64,000 bases of DNA, taken from the NCBI GenBank assembly GCA_026025075.1, contig JAPEUI010000014.1:62001-126000 (forward strand), given 5' to 3'. The notes under the pieces were generated by a model, which saw only the letters and a program-made list of their open reading frames with translations, did not search any database and had not been told where the DNA came from. Every line of letters starts with the position of its first letter. Within the stretch, counting starts at the first letter, position 1. This stretch comes from Vezdaea acicularis (taxonomy: Eukaryota). Below, piece by piece: positions 11,660 to 23,563 of the stretch. The translations under genes and the position numbers were made by a program.

Positions 11660-13860
11660 TCACGTGCGCTTCAGCGTCAAGGCCAGCCAGCCGAGCAAGC
11701 GATACGCGACGACGATCGCGAGCAGAATCCCGACCCACTCCCCCGTCTTTCCCTTCTCGTAGCCATACGCATCGAGGACGCCCTGGCCCGCAATGCGGCA
11801 CTGTCCCGCCAGAGGGGTCTGATACATACACTCGCACTTGGGCCCACAATCGAACTCACGGGTGGCAAACTCATTAACCATCAAGCCCTTAAAGACATAG
11901 GCTTGATAATCGATATAGGAGAAGACATAACGCCAAAAGACGTTGAGGAGCTTCGGGGTGACGAGGAAGCCGCCGACGGCCATCCAGAGGCCGTTGGCGA
12001 AGGCGGTGAGGACAAGGGCGACGACGAAGGTGGGGGTGAAGGAGGAGACGGCGACGACGAGGGATTCGGCGGCGAGGAGGTCGAGGAAGAGCCACATGAC
12101 GAAGGTGGCGAAGGCGGGGGCCGTGGGGCGGAAGTTGACAAGCCAGTAGGAGATGCTGCTGAAGAGGAGGGCGATGGTGAAGAGGTAGGGGATGCCGACG
12201 CAGAAGTTGGCGAGGAGGAAGGACGGCGCGGAGTAGAGCCCGTTGTGGCGTTCTTTGAGGAAGGTGGCGCGGTCTTCGAGGTAGGAGGGCACGTAGGCGA
12301 CGGCCATGAAGGAGATGAAGGCGCTGCCGAAGAAGAGGGCGTTGGTGAAGGGCTGGATGGCGGATTGGGTCGTGTGCAGGCGGAGCCAGACGGTGCCCAT
12401 CATTATGGCGAGGCCTGAGAGGTTGTGTTAGTGGTTGTGGTGGTTGTGTGGGCGCGTTGAAGGTGGAGTTTAAGGGGGGAGAAGGAAGAACGGAAGAAGG
12501 GCGAGGGGGAGCATACCGCAGTACATTGCAATCCGAATGCCATAAGGCACCACATCCCTAAAACTCTTCAAGAAGCCGCGATGAATGAGCGTCAACGGGA
12601 TCAAGATCTTTGTGGTGCCTGACTGCTGCTCGACCTCCAAGCCACGCTGCAAGCCGGCCTCCAGCGGCTTCGAGAACTCCGCATGCACCCTCTCCGCCTC
12701 GTCCGACTTCTCCCAGCCCGTCTGGATCTTCTCGAGCTCCACATTGGCTTCGTCGGCGGCAAAGTCCACGTTCGTCAGTTGGAGGAGATACTCGGCCGGG
12801 TTTGTGTGGGCGGGGATGGGAAAGCCGAGGGTGCTGAAGTAGGAGGACATCTGTGCGAGCGGACCGTTGTAGCAGGTCCGCCCGCCGGATAGGAGGAGCA
12901 GCTTGTCGAAGCAGTCGAAGGTGCTGGTGGAGGGCTGGTGGATGCTTGCGATGATGATCAACTATGGTCCATCAGCCACGAGTCCTTCAGTGACGCTCCT
13001 AAAGCCTAACTGGACCAACGAGGAATGGGGTAAAGGGAAAGAAGAGGACAAACATTATTCTTCTTAGCCACCTGCCTCAAATACCTGACCACCTCATAAC
13101 TCGCCACCGCATCCAACCCACTCGTCGGCTCATCCAGGAACAAAATCTTCGGCCCCGTAATGATCTGACTAGCAATATCCGTCCGTCTCTTCTGGCCGCC
13201 ACTAACACCCTTCCTCAACGGCGTACCAACCAGCGTATCAGCCTGCTTCAGCAAGCCAAAAGAACCCAACAAGGCATCGACGCGGCGCCGCCGGTCCGCC
13301 CTCGTGACCGTGCTGGGCAGGCTGAGCCGCGCGGCGAAGTTGATCGTCTCGCGCACGGTCAGGGCGCCGATGAGTGCCACTTCTTGCTCGACGTAGCAGG
13401 TGCTCTTGCGGAAGGCGAGGAGGGATGGTTTCGTGCCGTTGACGGTGATGGAGCCGTCGATGCTCGTAGCGGCGCTGGCGTGCCGGTGGGCGAGCACGTT
13501 CAGGAGGGTCGTCTTGCCGCAGCCTGAGGGGCCCATGAGCGCCATCATCTCGCCTTGTGAGTCGAGTCAGCTTTGGTTTCGTTGGAGATGTCATGATGGG
13601 ATGGGATAAGGTAGAAGGAGTGGGGTGAAGAAAAGGAGAAGAGCACAAGCAACACCATACAGAGAAAAAAAAGGGGAGAATATACCAGCCCTAACACACC
13701 CGTCCATCCCCCCCAGAATCTCCTTCCCGCCATGCCTCCCCTTGCCCTGGACCGTCACACTCACGCCCTGCCACGCAAACGTATGCACACTCGTATTCGC
13801 AAGAGGCGCATCGTCGCCTCCCTCGACATCCACGACCTTCGGCTCCACGCTGGGCGTCAT
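11660..13860 (-). CDS. ABCG (White-family) half-size ABC transporter, NBD-TMD
   Basis: Walker A GPSGCGKTT, signature VSGGQKRR, Walker B LFLDEPTSGLD, SIHQP and a C-terminal multi-TM domain. Four exons; ATG at 13860 (MTPSVEP). Confidence 0.93.
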
Positions 13861-14969
13861 GGCCAAGCTACGTAGCTGTCGATTTGTTGCTGCTGCCGTT
13901 TCGTCCGTCCGTTCGTCCGTTCGTCCGTTCGCGATAAGTTCCGTGGCGGCCACTGGTAGGAGAATTGCTGCTGGATACCGCGTCGTCGCAATAGAGATCT
14001 TACCCCTCAACCTGACACTACCCTCTTCTTTCTTCGTCAGCAAGCACAGTGTGTGTAGGAAAAAATCAGATCAGACCGGTAAGCGCGACAGCAGGAAGGC
14101 CCCCGACGACCCTTATACCTCCCCCATCCCAACTCACGCACGTGCCCCAATACCACAACCGTCCCAGCTCTACACCGCCAAGCCATCACCTCCCCAGTCC
14201 AACCCGCTAAGCCTTTTTTGCTCCCCCGGAACTTACCGGTGTCCATACCACCCCCCTATAGGTCCCACGGGGTGCCCGACCCCTGCACATCCCGAGCCGA
14301 TCTGGTTACCGAGTCGCCCGATTCGGGACGGGTGGGTGGTGAAAGCCGGCGTGATGGGCTTTGGGCTGGTGAGGAGCGGTGCTGAAGAACAGATTGGCTT
14401 GCTGGAATCCGGGTATGAGCTGGCGTTATTCGCGTTGCTGGTGTTGCACCGAGGTTATCGTGGTAGCCTCAGGAAAAAATCTTTCTGGGATGGATGGGGA
14501 GTGGGGGACGAGAAACGTTGGTGGCTGTTGTAGCGAAGCGTGGCTTGCAGTGGAAGGTCACGGCCCAAATCTCATTTGCAGCCTTTACATTTCAGCTATC
14601 AGTCCATTGGGAGAGTCAAGATGGAGCAAGGTCACGAAGAAGAAGTAAGTGGGACGAGATGTTGGGAGAGAAGTCCTGCTAGTAAAAGAATCTACGCATA
14701 CCCTCCCTCCCAGGATTATGGAGAACAAGTGGTTCAATGCTAAGGAAGCTTCCAACACAGTCAGAAAACCCGATGCGAATCAGCTTCCTCACTCCATCTG
14801 GCCCTAGCCAAAGTCTAGACAGAGGCAGTAAGTGGGTGTGAAGAGAGGAAGCCGCTGTATATACAAGCGCAGCGAAGCCGAATCTTCTAATGCAAGCACC
14901 CGCTGAAGGCATAGCTACTAGATACAAATATCCTCCTGCCGGCCTCCTTCCATCAAAAAGGAGTCAAAA

Positions 14970-16883
14970 CTACCACGTGAAGGATTCCTCGATGAAATCG
15001 ATATTCGCATGCGGGATCCACCGTCTCGTCTCATGGCGAACACTATCGGCCAGCGCGCCCGGCCCGCAAACCGTCACGGCCATGGCGCCCGTGCGTTCCG
15101 CAACCTCGTTGCGCAGAATGACCTCGGGCTGGGGCCGTCCATGGAACATCTGGACTCTAGCGGAGGGGCTCGCAAACTCCCTCGTACTCTTCGGACGTGT
15201 GACGAAGAGCAGGATCTTGAGGATGTCGCGGCGGCCGGGCATCTGCAAGATCTTGTCCATCCAGGGCCGGACCCAGTTGAGGTCTTCGGTGTTGCGGACG
15301 ATCCAGACGAGGGTGATTTTGCGAGTGGCAATGGTGCCGGCGTTGAATCCGCTGACCAGATCGCGGATGTGGCTGATCTGGTGCGTGATGCCGATGCCGC
15401 CGGCGAACATGAGGACGCTGCCGTAACTGTGCAGTGACTCGAGGCCACCGTATGGACCTTCGACGGCGCCCTTGAGGATCAGTCGACCATCACGCGCGGC
15501 GTGGGCTTTTTCGTTGAGGGTCGCGGTCATGCCGGTGCGTTTGTGGATGACTAGCGAGATGGAGGTGCTGAATCGGGGGGGGTGGTCGAGGTCAAAGTGC
15601 GAGGAGGGGAGCTTCTCTTCGAGGTCGGAGCCCAGGCGGTGCTTCTCGCTCCAGGCGATGGAGAAGGGGTGGGATTGGAAGAGCGAGATGCTCGGGAGGT
15701 AGATGTAGACGTGAGAGCCGGGCTTGGGGTCGAGTGGGCGCGGGAGATCGATGGTGACTCGGCAAGCATCGCCGGCTTCACCGAGGGAGTCGACGGTGAT
15801 GGTCGTCAAGCCCTTGCGAGAGAAGTTTCGGTAGAACAAGAGGCCGAGGCGAGTCGCTCTTTCCAAGACCCAAATCGCAATGACGAGTTCAAGATAGACA
15901 ACCTGATACAGGGCGTGGACTTTGAGATGCATGTAGACCCCCAGGATGGTGACACAGGCTGCTACGATATGCAAGTACTTGAACGTCTCGTACGCTGCAT
16001 GGCGGATCGCCGAGGGCGAATGCAGCAGCATGAATAGCATCGTGAACGTGCCCGCGGCACCCCACTGAAGGAACTTGCTGGCATTGATCTGATGCCCAAT
16101 GCTATTCCATTTGCTGTGATGAACCATGATCTGGTTAGCTCCCCACGCCATGGTATGCGCAACGGCTTCAAGGACGACGATACGACCGATCCATCGATGG
16201 AGAAGGTTGTACGTGTCGAAGCTGACCCGGAGGAGCTGAATAAGCGGGTTGTTGCGAGAGGCTAGGATGATGAGGGGAATCATGTTGACGGTCGCCAGTG
16301 TCCCAGTTCTCCCACGTATTTCAGCCGCAAGCTGAAGACCGTTGTTGTCTCTGTAGTTGAGAGCACAGCAGTAAACAATGTTGCTCAAAACGTAGAAGAT
16401 GAGCAGGCTGCCATGGAATCGAGAAGGGAGCGTCCCAAAGTTGATTGCCGAAGAGAGCTTGATCTCCCTGTTGTGCCTCTTCTTCCAGAAAGGTGCGTAC
16501 AGGAAATACTTTTTGAAATTCGGCCAGAACCGGCCTTGGTCGTGCTGCCAATACAGCTGCTTGTCTTGCCGGGCGCTTCCCATCATGCTGACATGTCGCA
16601 TATGCGCGTTGAACATCTGAGCGCCTCTCCCGACGAGGATGACGGCGCAGAGCAGACCAAGCGATAGCCACAAGGCCCGCGAGAAGAGCTGATCCATAGG
16701 AATGTTGACTCCCGTCAGCCCGTGCGTATAAGCTGAGGGATTCGGTGATGATGATGGGCTGGCGTGCTGTGTACCGTTTCCCGCCATCGTACCATTCGCC
16801 CTCTCTACGAGCGTTGATGTGGGAGAGCGTGGGGAAAGGTTGTTGGCGAGGGCCGCCAGGGAGAACCGCGTAGAGAGATGCAT
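14970..16883 (-). CDS. Ferric/cupric reductase (FRE/NOX-type flavocytochrome)
   Basis: Heme His motifs LLHRWIGR and YETFKYLH, FAD motif QSHPFSI, VEGPYG, NADPH motif FAGGIGIT, VCGPGAL, terminal EESFTW. Intronless; first ATG at 16883. Confidence 0.93.
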   Translation of the reverse strand: MHLSTRFSLAALANNLSPRSPTSTLVERANGTMAGNGTQHASPSSSPNPSAYTHGLTGVNIPMDQLFSRALWLSLGLLCAVILVGRGAQMFNAHMRHVSMMGSARQDKQLYWQHDQGRFWPNFKKYFLYAPFWKKRHNREIKLSSAINFGTLPSRFHGSLLIFYVLSNIVYCCALNYRDNNGLQLAAEIRGRTGTLATVNMIPLIILASRNNPLIQLLRVSFDTYNLLHRWIGRIVVLEAVAHTMAWGANQIMVHHSKWNSIGHQINASKFLQWGAAGTFTMLFMLLHSPSAIRHAAYETFKYLHIVAACVTILGVYMHLKVHALYQVVYLELVIAIWVLERATRLGLLFYRNFSRKGLTTITVDSLGEAGDACRVTIDLPRPLDPKPGSHVYIYLPSISLFQSHPFSIAWSEKHRLGSDLEEKLPSSHFDLDHPPRFSTSISLVIHKRTGMTATLNEKAHAARDGRLILKGAVEGPYGGLESLHSYGSVLMFAGGIGITHQISHIRDLVSGFNAGTIATRKITLVWIVRNTEDLNWVRPWMDKILQMPGRRDILKILLFVTRPKSTREFASPSARVQMFHGRPQPEVILRNEVAERTGAMAVTVCGPGALADSVRHETRRWIPHANIDFIEESFTW

Positions 16884-19385
16884 GACGTCCGGCGCCAAGG
16901 CACGATCTTCGTGGCAGCTATATGTAGTGTGAACGTGGGTTGAAAAGGTTAAGGCTGGGTGGAATGCCTGTGGTGGAATCAAGAATGTGTGTGTGGGGTT
17001 CCCCTTCGCAAGCTCCTGTCGGAAGTTCGGGATGGCGATTCGGTTGTGGAAGTTAATTAAATGAGTCAAGGTTCGACAGTTTATGCACTGGAGAGATCTA
17101 TAGAAGGTGCTCCTGGAAGTTGTTGACTTGTTCCGGTGTTCAGGTGTTAGGTGTCCAGCTGCCTAGGTGGTCAAAGTACAGACAATAACTTTGTTCGGTC
17201 TAGAGTCCGGCCTCGTTCAGCGAGACAAAGAAAGGTAAAGGACGCTCCAGGCGGGTGAGTAGGAAATCTAATCGCTACTGCAACATGACGGAGATCTAAG
17301 TGAATGTCGTTGTGTTCGTGTCCAAATGAGTGAATCGTTCGCCTGCGAGTGGTCGGTCGTGATCTGAAGTTTGCTGCGAGGTGACTCGCATGCCAGATCT
17401 ATCGTGGCTTTCGTGAGGTCGGCCGGAGCGACTGTGGGGGTTGGGGAATATCAAATCCTCCCGATGAAGTTCCTTCGACCGCTCTCGCAAACCCTTCCCA
17501 CGCCCTTGTCGAGATTGAACCGGTTGTTCCAGATAACGGGTTCGGTTCGTGAGGAAGATTGGAAATGGGCGGGCGGTTGGGCCGGCGGTTGTACCCGTGG
17601 TGCGGTGCTGCCGTGTTGCAACGTTGCGCAGTTCTGTTGCAGTATTGCAGTGCTCAAGTCAACGGAAATGAAGTTGCTCTGCTGAGCGTCTCGTGCGAAC
17701 AAGCGTCACGCTGGTAACGAGGGGAGTCGATTCCTGTCGACGGCCGAAGTTTCTACAAGCAAAGGGAAAAACAGGGAGATCGTCAAGGGAAATAGTTTCA
17801 GCAGTGGGGATGGGTCAAACGAGTGACTGTACGACGAACGGGCAGCGGCGGTCGACGCGTAAGAGAGAGTGAGAGTGAGTGAGGGAGAGAAGGGGGCGGA
17901 AGGGGGGTGAAGGTGTCGAGGAGTGAGGAGTGAAGGTGAAGATGGGTGACGGGGGAGTCGATGTCGTCCAATCCGCCGACGCACGAGAAAGGGACGAGGG
18001 ACGCGGCGACGTGCCCGCTGCAGCCCGCCGTATCAGTCTTGGCGAACGGGCCGCCAACCGCCTATCGCCCCCTCCCTGCCCACGCCTGCCACGCCACGCT
18101 ACGATCACGCCCGCCGAGGCCATTCACCCTTCATCTTCGCCGTCCTGCGCTCGTCGCTCCGTCACGGTGCACGACCCGGTCAATTCACCATTGTATCATC
18201 GTGGAGGCGAGTAAGAAGCGTGGGCCAGTCGTCCGCCGGCGCGACAACCGGGGGATCCCTGGGTCAGGGGGGCCTTGGCGCTTCACGGGTGCCAGGACCA
18301 GGGAGGGGGGTGAAGAAAGTCTCTTTTCTTCAGCGACCGACCTTTCCCACCGCCTCGACGCAGGTACCAGACGCCTTTTTTCTTTCTTCTCTTCCGCCAT
18401 TCCAGAACTCTGCACGCCTCCCTGTCTCTCGTTGCTTTTATCGTGCCGACCTGGTCTGGTTGGTAGGCGCGCGCCGGAGCTGGCGGCGTTTCAGCTTCCC
18501 TTCGTTGCAGACCTTTTAGCCGGCCCTACTGTCGCGACTCCTACTGGGCGTCTCGCTTGGCCGGCCCTCTCGATCACTACGAATGAAGGACTGAGGGCCT
18601 TCCTGCGCCCGTCCGCTTCAAACGAGCCAGCTTGGCTTGTATGACAGCTCTCTGGACATCTCCATGTCATTGGATGATGCGAGTGTTCGACTAGACACCG
18701 CAAGAGCTAGACAGCACATTTGGCCCGGCACATGGATCGGTTCGGAGCGGAGAGCGTCGCAGTCACAAAGTCGCACACAGTTCCGGAGACGTTCATACGT
18801 TCACGCGCATTTACGTTCACACGTTTGACCAGCTCGCATTTCGTGACCATTGGCGGTCGCAGCGTGAAGTAACTTGTCGCCGCCCCCCTCGATCACCTAC
18901 CGCCCAATTCCCGCCGCGTGCCCCTTCGGTCTCGATCGCGAAACGCCTTCTACCGCACCGTCTTGGTGGTCCCCCATCACCGCCGTCCCATGCGCTCTCT
19001 CCCCCAACAACAGGCATGGCCCTTGAACTTGGCACAACCCCTCGCCTGCAGCTATCATATCCCCAATGTGGCTATGAGAACGTTCCGTGGGGATCCCAGC
19101 CACATTCCACACGAGACCAGCCTACTCGGAAGAATCCCTCGCTTTTCGCTTCCGAGCACTGGGAGCGTGTTCAGCGCGGATGTCCCCTAGAGTGAATGCC
19201 CCATGGTACTTCAGTCGTCCGAACCTGTCCCTGGAGAGCTTCGTGATCCCGAGGAATTGCCCTTGTGATAGCAATGTTGCTATCTATGATATTTCTGAGT
19301 AACTGTTGATGCTCGAATGACACCGTGGAGTGGGGGTAGAAGCTATCCCTTCACGTGAGACGGTCACACATCGCATACTCCCCAG

Positions 19386-22300
19386 CTACTCTACGGCCTC
19401 GATGGACGGGCCACGCTGATCGCAAACCTTGATGAAGTCGGCACTGGTCTTGATGTTCTCCGCCCCGCTCAGAGCCTTGGCCACCGTCGTCTCACTTCGT
19501 TCCTGCAGTAGCTGACGCAACGCGCTCACAAGAAAGCCCGAGACCAGCTCTACGGACCACGAGTCGGGTATCAGGCTCAACACCTGCAAGCTGATAAGCA
19601 AGCCGCAACGGCTGGATCAATCTAAGGAAGGAGGCCGATAGACTTACTCTGCCAGTGTCGAACCATCCTCCGAAACGATCGAGGAGGTCGCCGGTCTGCT
19701 CGACGCGGTCGGTGAAGTCTTCGATCTGAAGAAACTCGAGTAGGAGAGCATCAAAAAGCTTGGTCTGGTCCTGGCGGGACGGGATGGCTTCCTTGGGAAT
19801 GATGCTCGAAGAGGGATAAAAGATGCTAGAACCGCCGAGCAAGCAGTAGTTGATTGCCGTGTCATAGTCGCCAAGACCATGAGTGAGCAGGCGGAGAGCT
19901 TGTGAATGTCGAGCCTGCCGCCCATCAAGGATGATCATTTCCGGCACGAGTTCTTGTTCGAAAGGCTCGAGCCGCTGCAGGATCGTCGGGACATCATAAG
20001 CTGATGCCGCCCCATGACTACCACCGATCAACTGAAGCAGCCGAAGCCGATTATGCCACCATTCTTCCGCTATAGCGTTATCTGTGATGAACTGCTGATA
20101 TGTCGGCCTAGGGACGTTCAAGGCACGATAGGTCTCATATGATTGTAATAGGGTTGATCGAGCGGATTCTGAAGATTGAAGGACTGATAGGAGGTTGTCG
20201 AGGTAAAATTTGATGAGCTCGTTGACGTATTGTGGGTTCTATCGCTGCGTGAGCATAAAATCCTAGGGAAAACCATAGCCCTACTTACATTCTTTCCAAA
20301 TACCAAGTGCTCAAGATACTCTTTGACTGCTCCAGGTGCTCTTTGCGTCAGAAGACCTACCACGGCAGTCGGCTCGAGTTTGACCCTGCTATGGTCATCT
20401 GTAAAGACTTGGACCCCTATCTTTGGGCTACGTGCAGCGAGCCAGGCTCCGTATTCCTCTACGAGTGAGCTATCTCGTATCCTCGATAAGTATTTCCGAA
20501 CCTCTAGCTCGCCATCAGCGAATTCGCCTCCGTCATCATATTCTCCCTCCAATATTCGTCTCCAGGTTGATAAGACTTCTTTTGCCATCTTTCGGCTCTG
20601 GTAGAGCCGGCTGAGGACGTAGAGCCTCTCGTAGCGCTCAAGTAATGCCACTGCCCGGTCGAAGCAATCAACTATCTGATCCTTCTGGTCCACCAGAGCG
20701 TAGAGCTCAGCTCGAACTGAGCTATTTGGTTTCATTCCAGCCGTCGACGCTCTTTTGGGTTGGGCTTTGTCAAGCTGGAGTAGGACACGGAGCAGGGCGG
20801 CATCGATGGTGAGGAAGACTTCGCGTTCATCCGAAATGCTTCCAAACCCTTTCTTTCGTCTCCAGGATGTTAGATATTGTCTTTGAAGTTCAAGAATACC
20901 TGGCGATATTCGAGAGTCTACACGATACCCTGGTCCAAATGAGGTGAAATGTTGCGCAACCATCTGAATCCCCCCATAGATCCAAGTACCCTGTCGGCCT
21001 TCAATAACCTCTTCGTGAAGTTCCGGCGTGACAGCCAAGACCACCCTCGGGTCCAGACCTCCATCGATGAGTGCCTCTCGTACATATATCCTCTCCCCTT
21101 CAGCGACGCCTTCACCTAAGCTGTCATCAGACACAAGCAGGTTCACATACAAAAGCAGACTGGCTTTTTGTCGAATGTAACCTAAGCTCAGAAATTCCGA
21201 CTCTGTCCTGGGTTCCTGGCCTCTAATGCTGTTCAGCACTTTAACGACAACGCGAGGTTCGACGAATCTACTTGGCTCGGTCTCTCCACGACCTATCGCA
21301 GCCAGGTCAAGTCGAGCATCCAACCGGAGGGCTAATGGTGTTCTCACCGCCCACCAGATTTGGTCTCCTTTCCAGACGACTATTCGACTTCGTAAATTGG
21401 TGAACCGTTGTGCAAATGCGTCTTCTTCTTTCCTTCGGGAGGCCTCCCAGCCTTGTGGGAGTGCTTCAGCTTTCTCCCCCTTGCCATTCTCGCTTCCAGC
21501 CAGGTCTTGAGATTCGAAGAGTTCCATCTCATTCGAGACTCGTTCTATTGAAGTTCTTGTTCTTGAGTCAGTACTACCAATAGAAGCAGGCGAGCCTTGT
21601 GCAGAGCCTTTTCGCGACAGTCGAAGCCGGCTGAGCCGTAGTTTGTCTTTCAGCTCGAGTACTGGAATGTCTCCCGCATCCGTCGTCTTGTAAAGACCCA
21701 GAGTGTTATTCGACGCCTCATTTGCGGAATCGCTAGCAGTCGTGGATTGTGTAAATATTTCCATCCATTCTTTTTCGTAAGAGGGATCTCCGGAATCGAC
21801 GTCCCAGCGCTGCATCTGTATTGATTTTTTAACGCTTTCTCCAGATTCACGTTGCATGACGCAGAGAAGCCAGCCATCCTCATCCTCTTGTGCATTGGCT
21901 TCGGTATGTTCAACGCCAGCACCACGCCCATCAACAACGAGCTTTTCCGGATAGCTGTCAAATTCTAAGGTGCCACGTGATACGTCACCATCTAAATTAA
22001 CAAAGATCCCCACTCCTGGGTCGGCTGGATTTGTGCCAGTTGTCAAAAGGAACTCTTGAGCAGTCGGTGATAAGATATTGGGCTTGAGCAAGGGTGGGAT
22101 AGTACTGGGGGCTTGTGTAGGTGGTTGTGGCAGTGGTTTGTTTGCCGATGTAGCACCATTATTTGCTGAGGCAGGTTCAGTGGGTCGTTGACGTGATGAT
22201 ACCGCAGGTCCCGGAGAGCCTTCTCTAAGGAATGGTTCTGGGGTATCTGTGCCTGACCTATCTTCGCTTTGTGACCTTGGGCTATGACCTCTCCGACCTA

Positions 22301-23292
22301 GGCCTCCTACAAACGTACCAAGACTAGTACTTCGGCTGTGGCCTCGATCTTCGTCAACTCTTGAATTGGGCGGCGCCAATGATGTACCGTGAGCACCCTG
22401 TCCTGCAGGCATTGTCGACGAGATAGCTTCCGCTTGACCTCCGACCGAGCCCGCTATATCCCCGACAGATGAGATAGGAAATAGGGGGATCTTCTGCTGG
22501 TGATCAACATCAAGGAGCGCATATGATTGTCCATTTGCAACGCACGCGAATGAGCCACGTCGGAGTGATAGTAACGACCCAGGGTATTCTATATTCTATA
22601 TTTGTCGTCATGAATCTGTTCATCACTATCTGGTAAAGGATGCCTTACCTTTATTGGCCGTGCTTCCTCACCAATCTTTACAAGGCGTATCCGATTCTTC
22701 ATAGATATCATAATCACCTCACTGTTTCCAGGAGGTTGGCCAGTGACTTGGGCATCAAGATCAACGCCGCCCACATAGCTGCAGTTCCGTACCTGCGTGG
22801 TACCGAAGGCAGGGCTAAGTTCTGGTAGGGAGTAAAACGTAAGTGTGCTATTGCACAAAACGCAAGCCTTATGGGCATTGGGAAGAAGGAGGATCTGCTG
22901 AACGCCTGATGGAGCTCCAGCTTCCCCAGCTGTTGAGAATGGAGGTTGTAGTCTAGAGGCAAAGATATAGGTCGGTCTTGCGGATTGATCTAATGGATCA
23001 GGCGGTAATAACACATAATGAATGATTTCCCCTCCAGATGTGCCTACGTAGAGATTGCCTTCTAAGCAACACCATTGGTAGTCAGCACAAGGAAGAGGTC
23101 CAAATCGGTAGTCCGGAGGCCAAATATAAACTTACGCCATAGTTCTACACAACTAATTCTAACCGCATCACGGTGTCCATCCGCAGCGAGAGGGATGTCA
23201 TTGAGCAGAGGCCGCAAGATGTAGGGACCAGTCTCTCTGGTAATATGAGATTGCTCCTCAACAGCTGCAGCATCGTCCGCTTCGTCTGACAT
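19386..23292 (-). CDS. VPS3: Vam6/Vps39-family CNH-domain protein (Vps3/TGFBRAP1-like CORVET subunit)
   Basis: N-terminal CNH-like region (ISCVELW, QQILLLP..KACVLCNSTLTFYSLPEL, NIEYPG), clathrin-repeat-like YLEHLV and ALRLLTHGLGDYDTAINYC. Multiple GT-AG introns. Confidence 0.82.
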
Positions 23293-23563
23293 GTCCAGTC
23301 ATTACTCGTGAATATGCTGCGTTTGAAGCCACTGCGAAGTACGAGGGAACTGCCGTGACGCGGAAGCCACTTTCGACCAATCGGGCAATTGTCGCGTCGG
23401 CATTCGTCAAAGTCCGGTCTTAGCTCGTTTAACTTCCAGGAGCAATGCAACTCTAATCTTTCCTTCAAGAACTCCTTCAGATGGTCTCAACACTTCCTCA
23501 GCTGTGTCAGTTGTGTATATATTACTCCTTCTAATGAGACCCCTTGCGATTCAATAGCCTGCC

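Noticed and set aside
13625..14533. 302-aa plus-strand ORF
   Set aside because: Antisense to ABCG exon 1 and its promoter, non-ATG start, low complexity.
17296..19302. Many overlapping ORFs upstream of the ferric reductase
   Set aside because: GC-rich, Arg/Pro-rich shadow ORFs with no domain signal.
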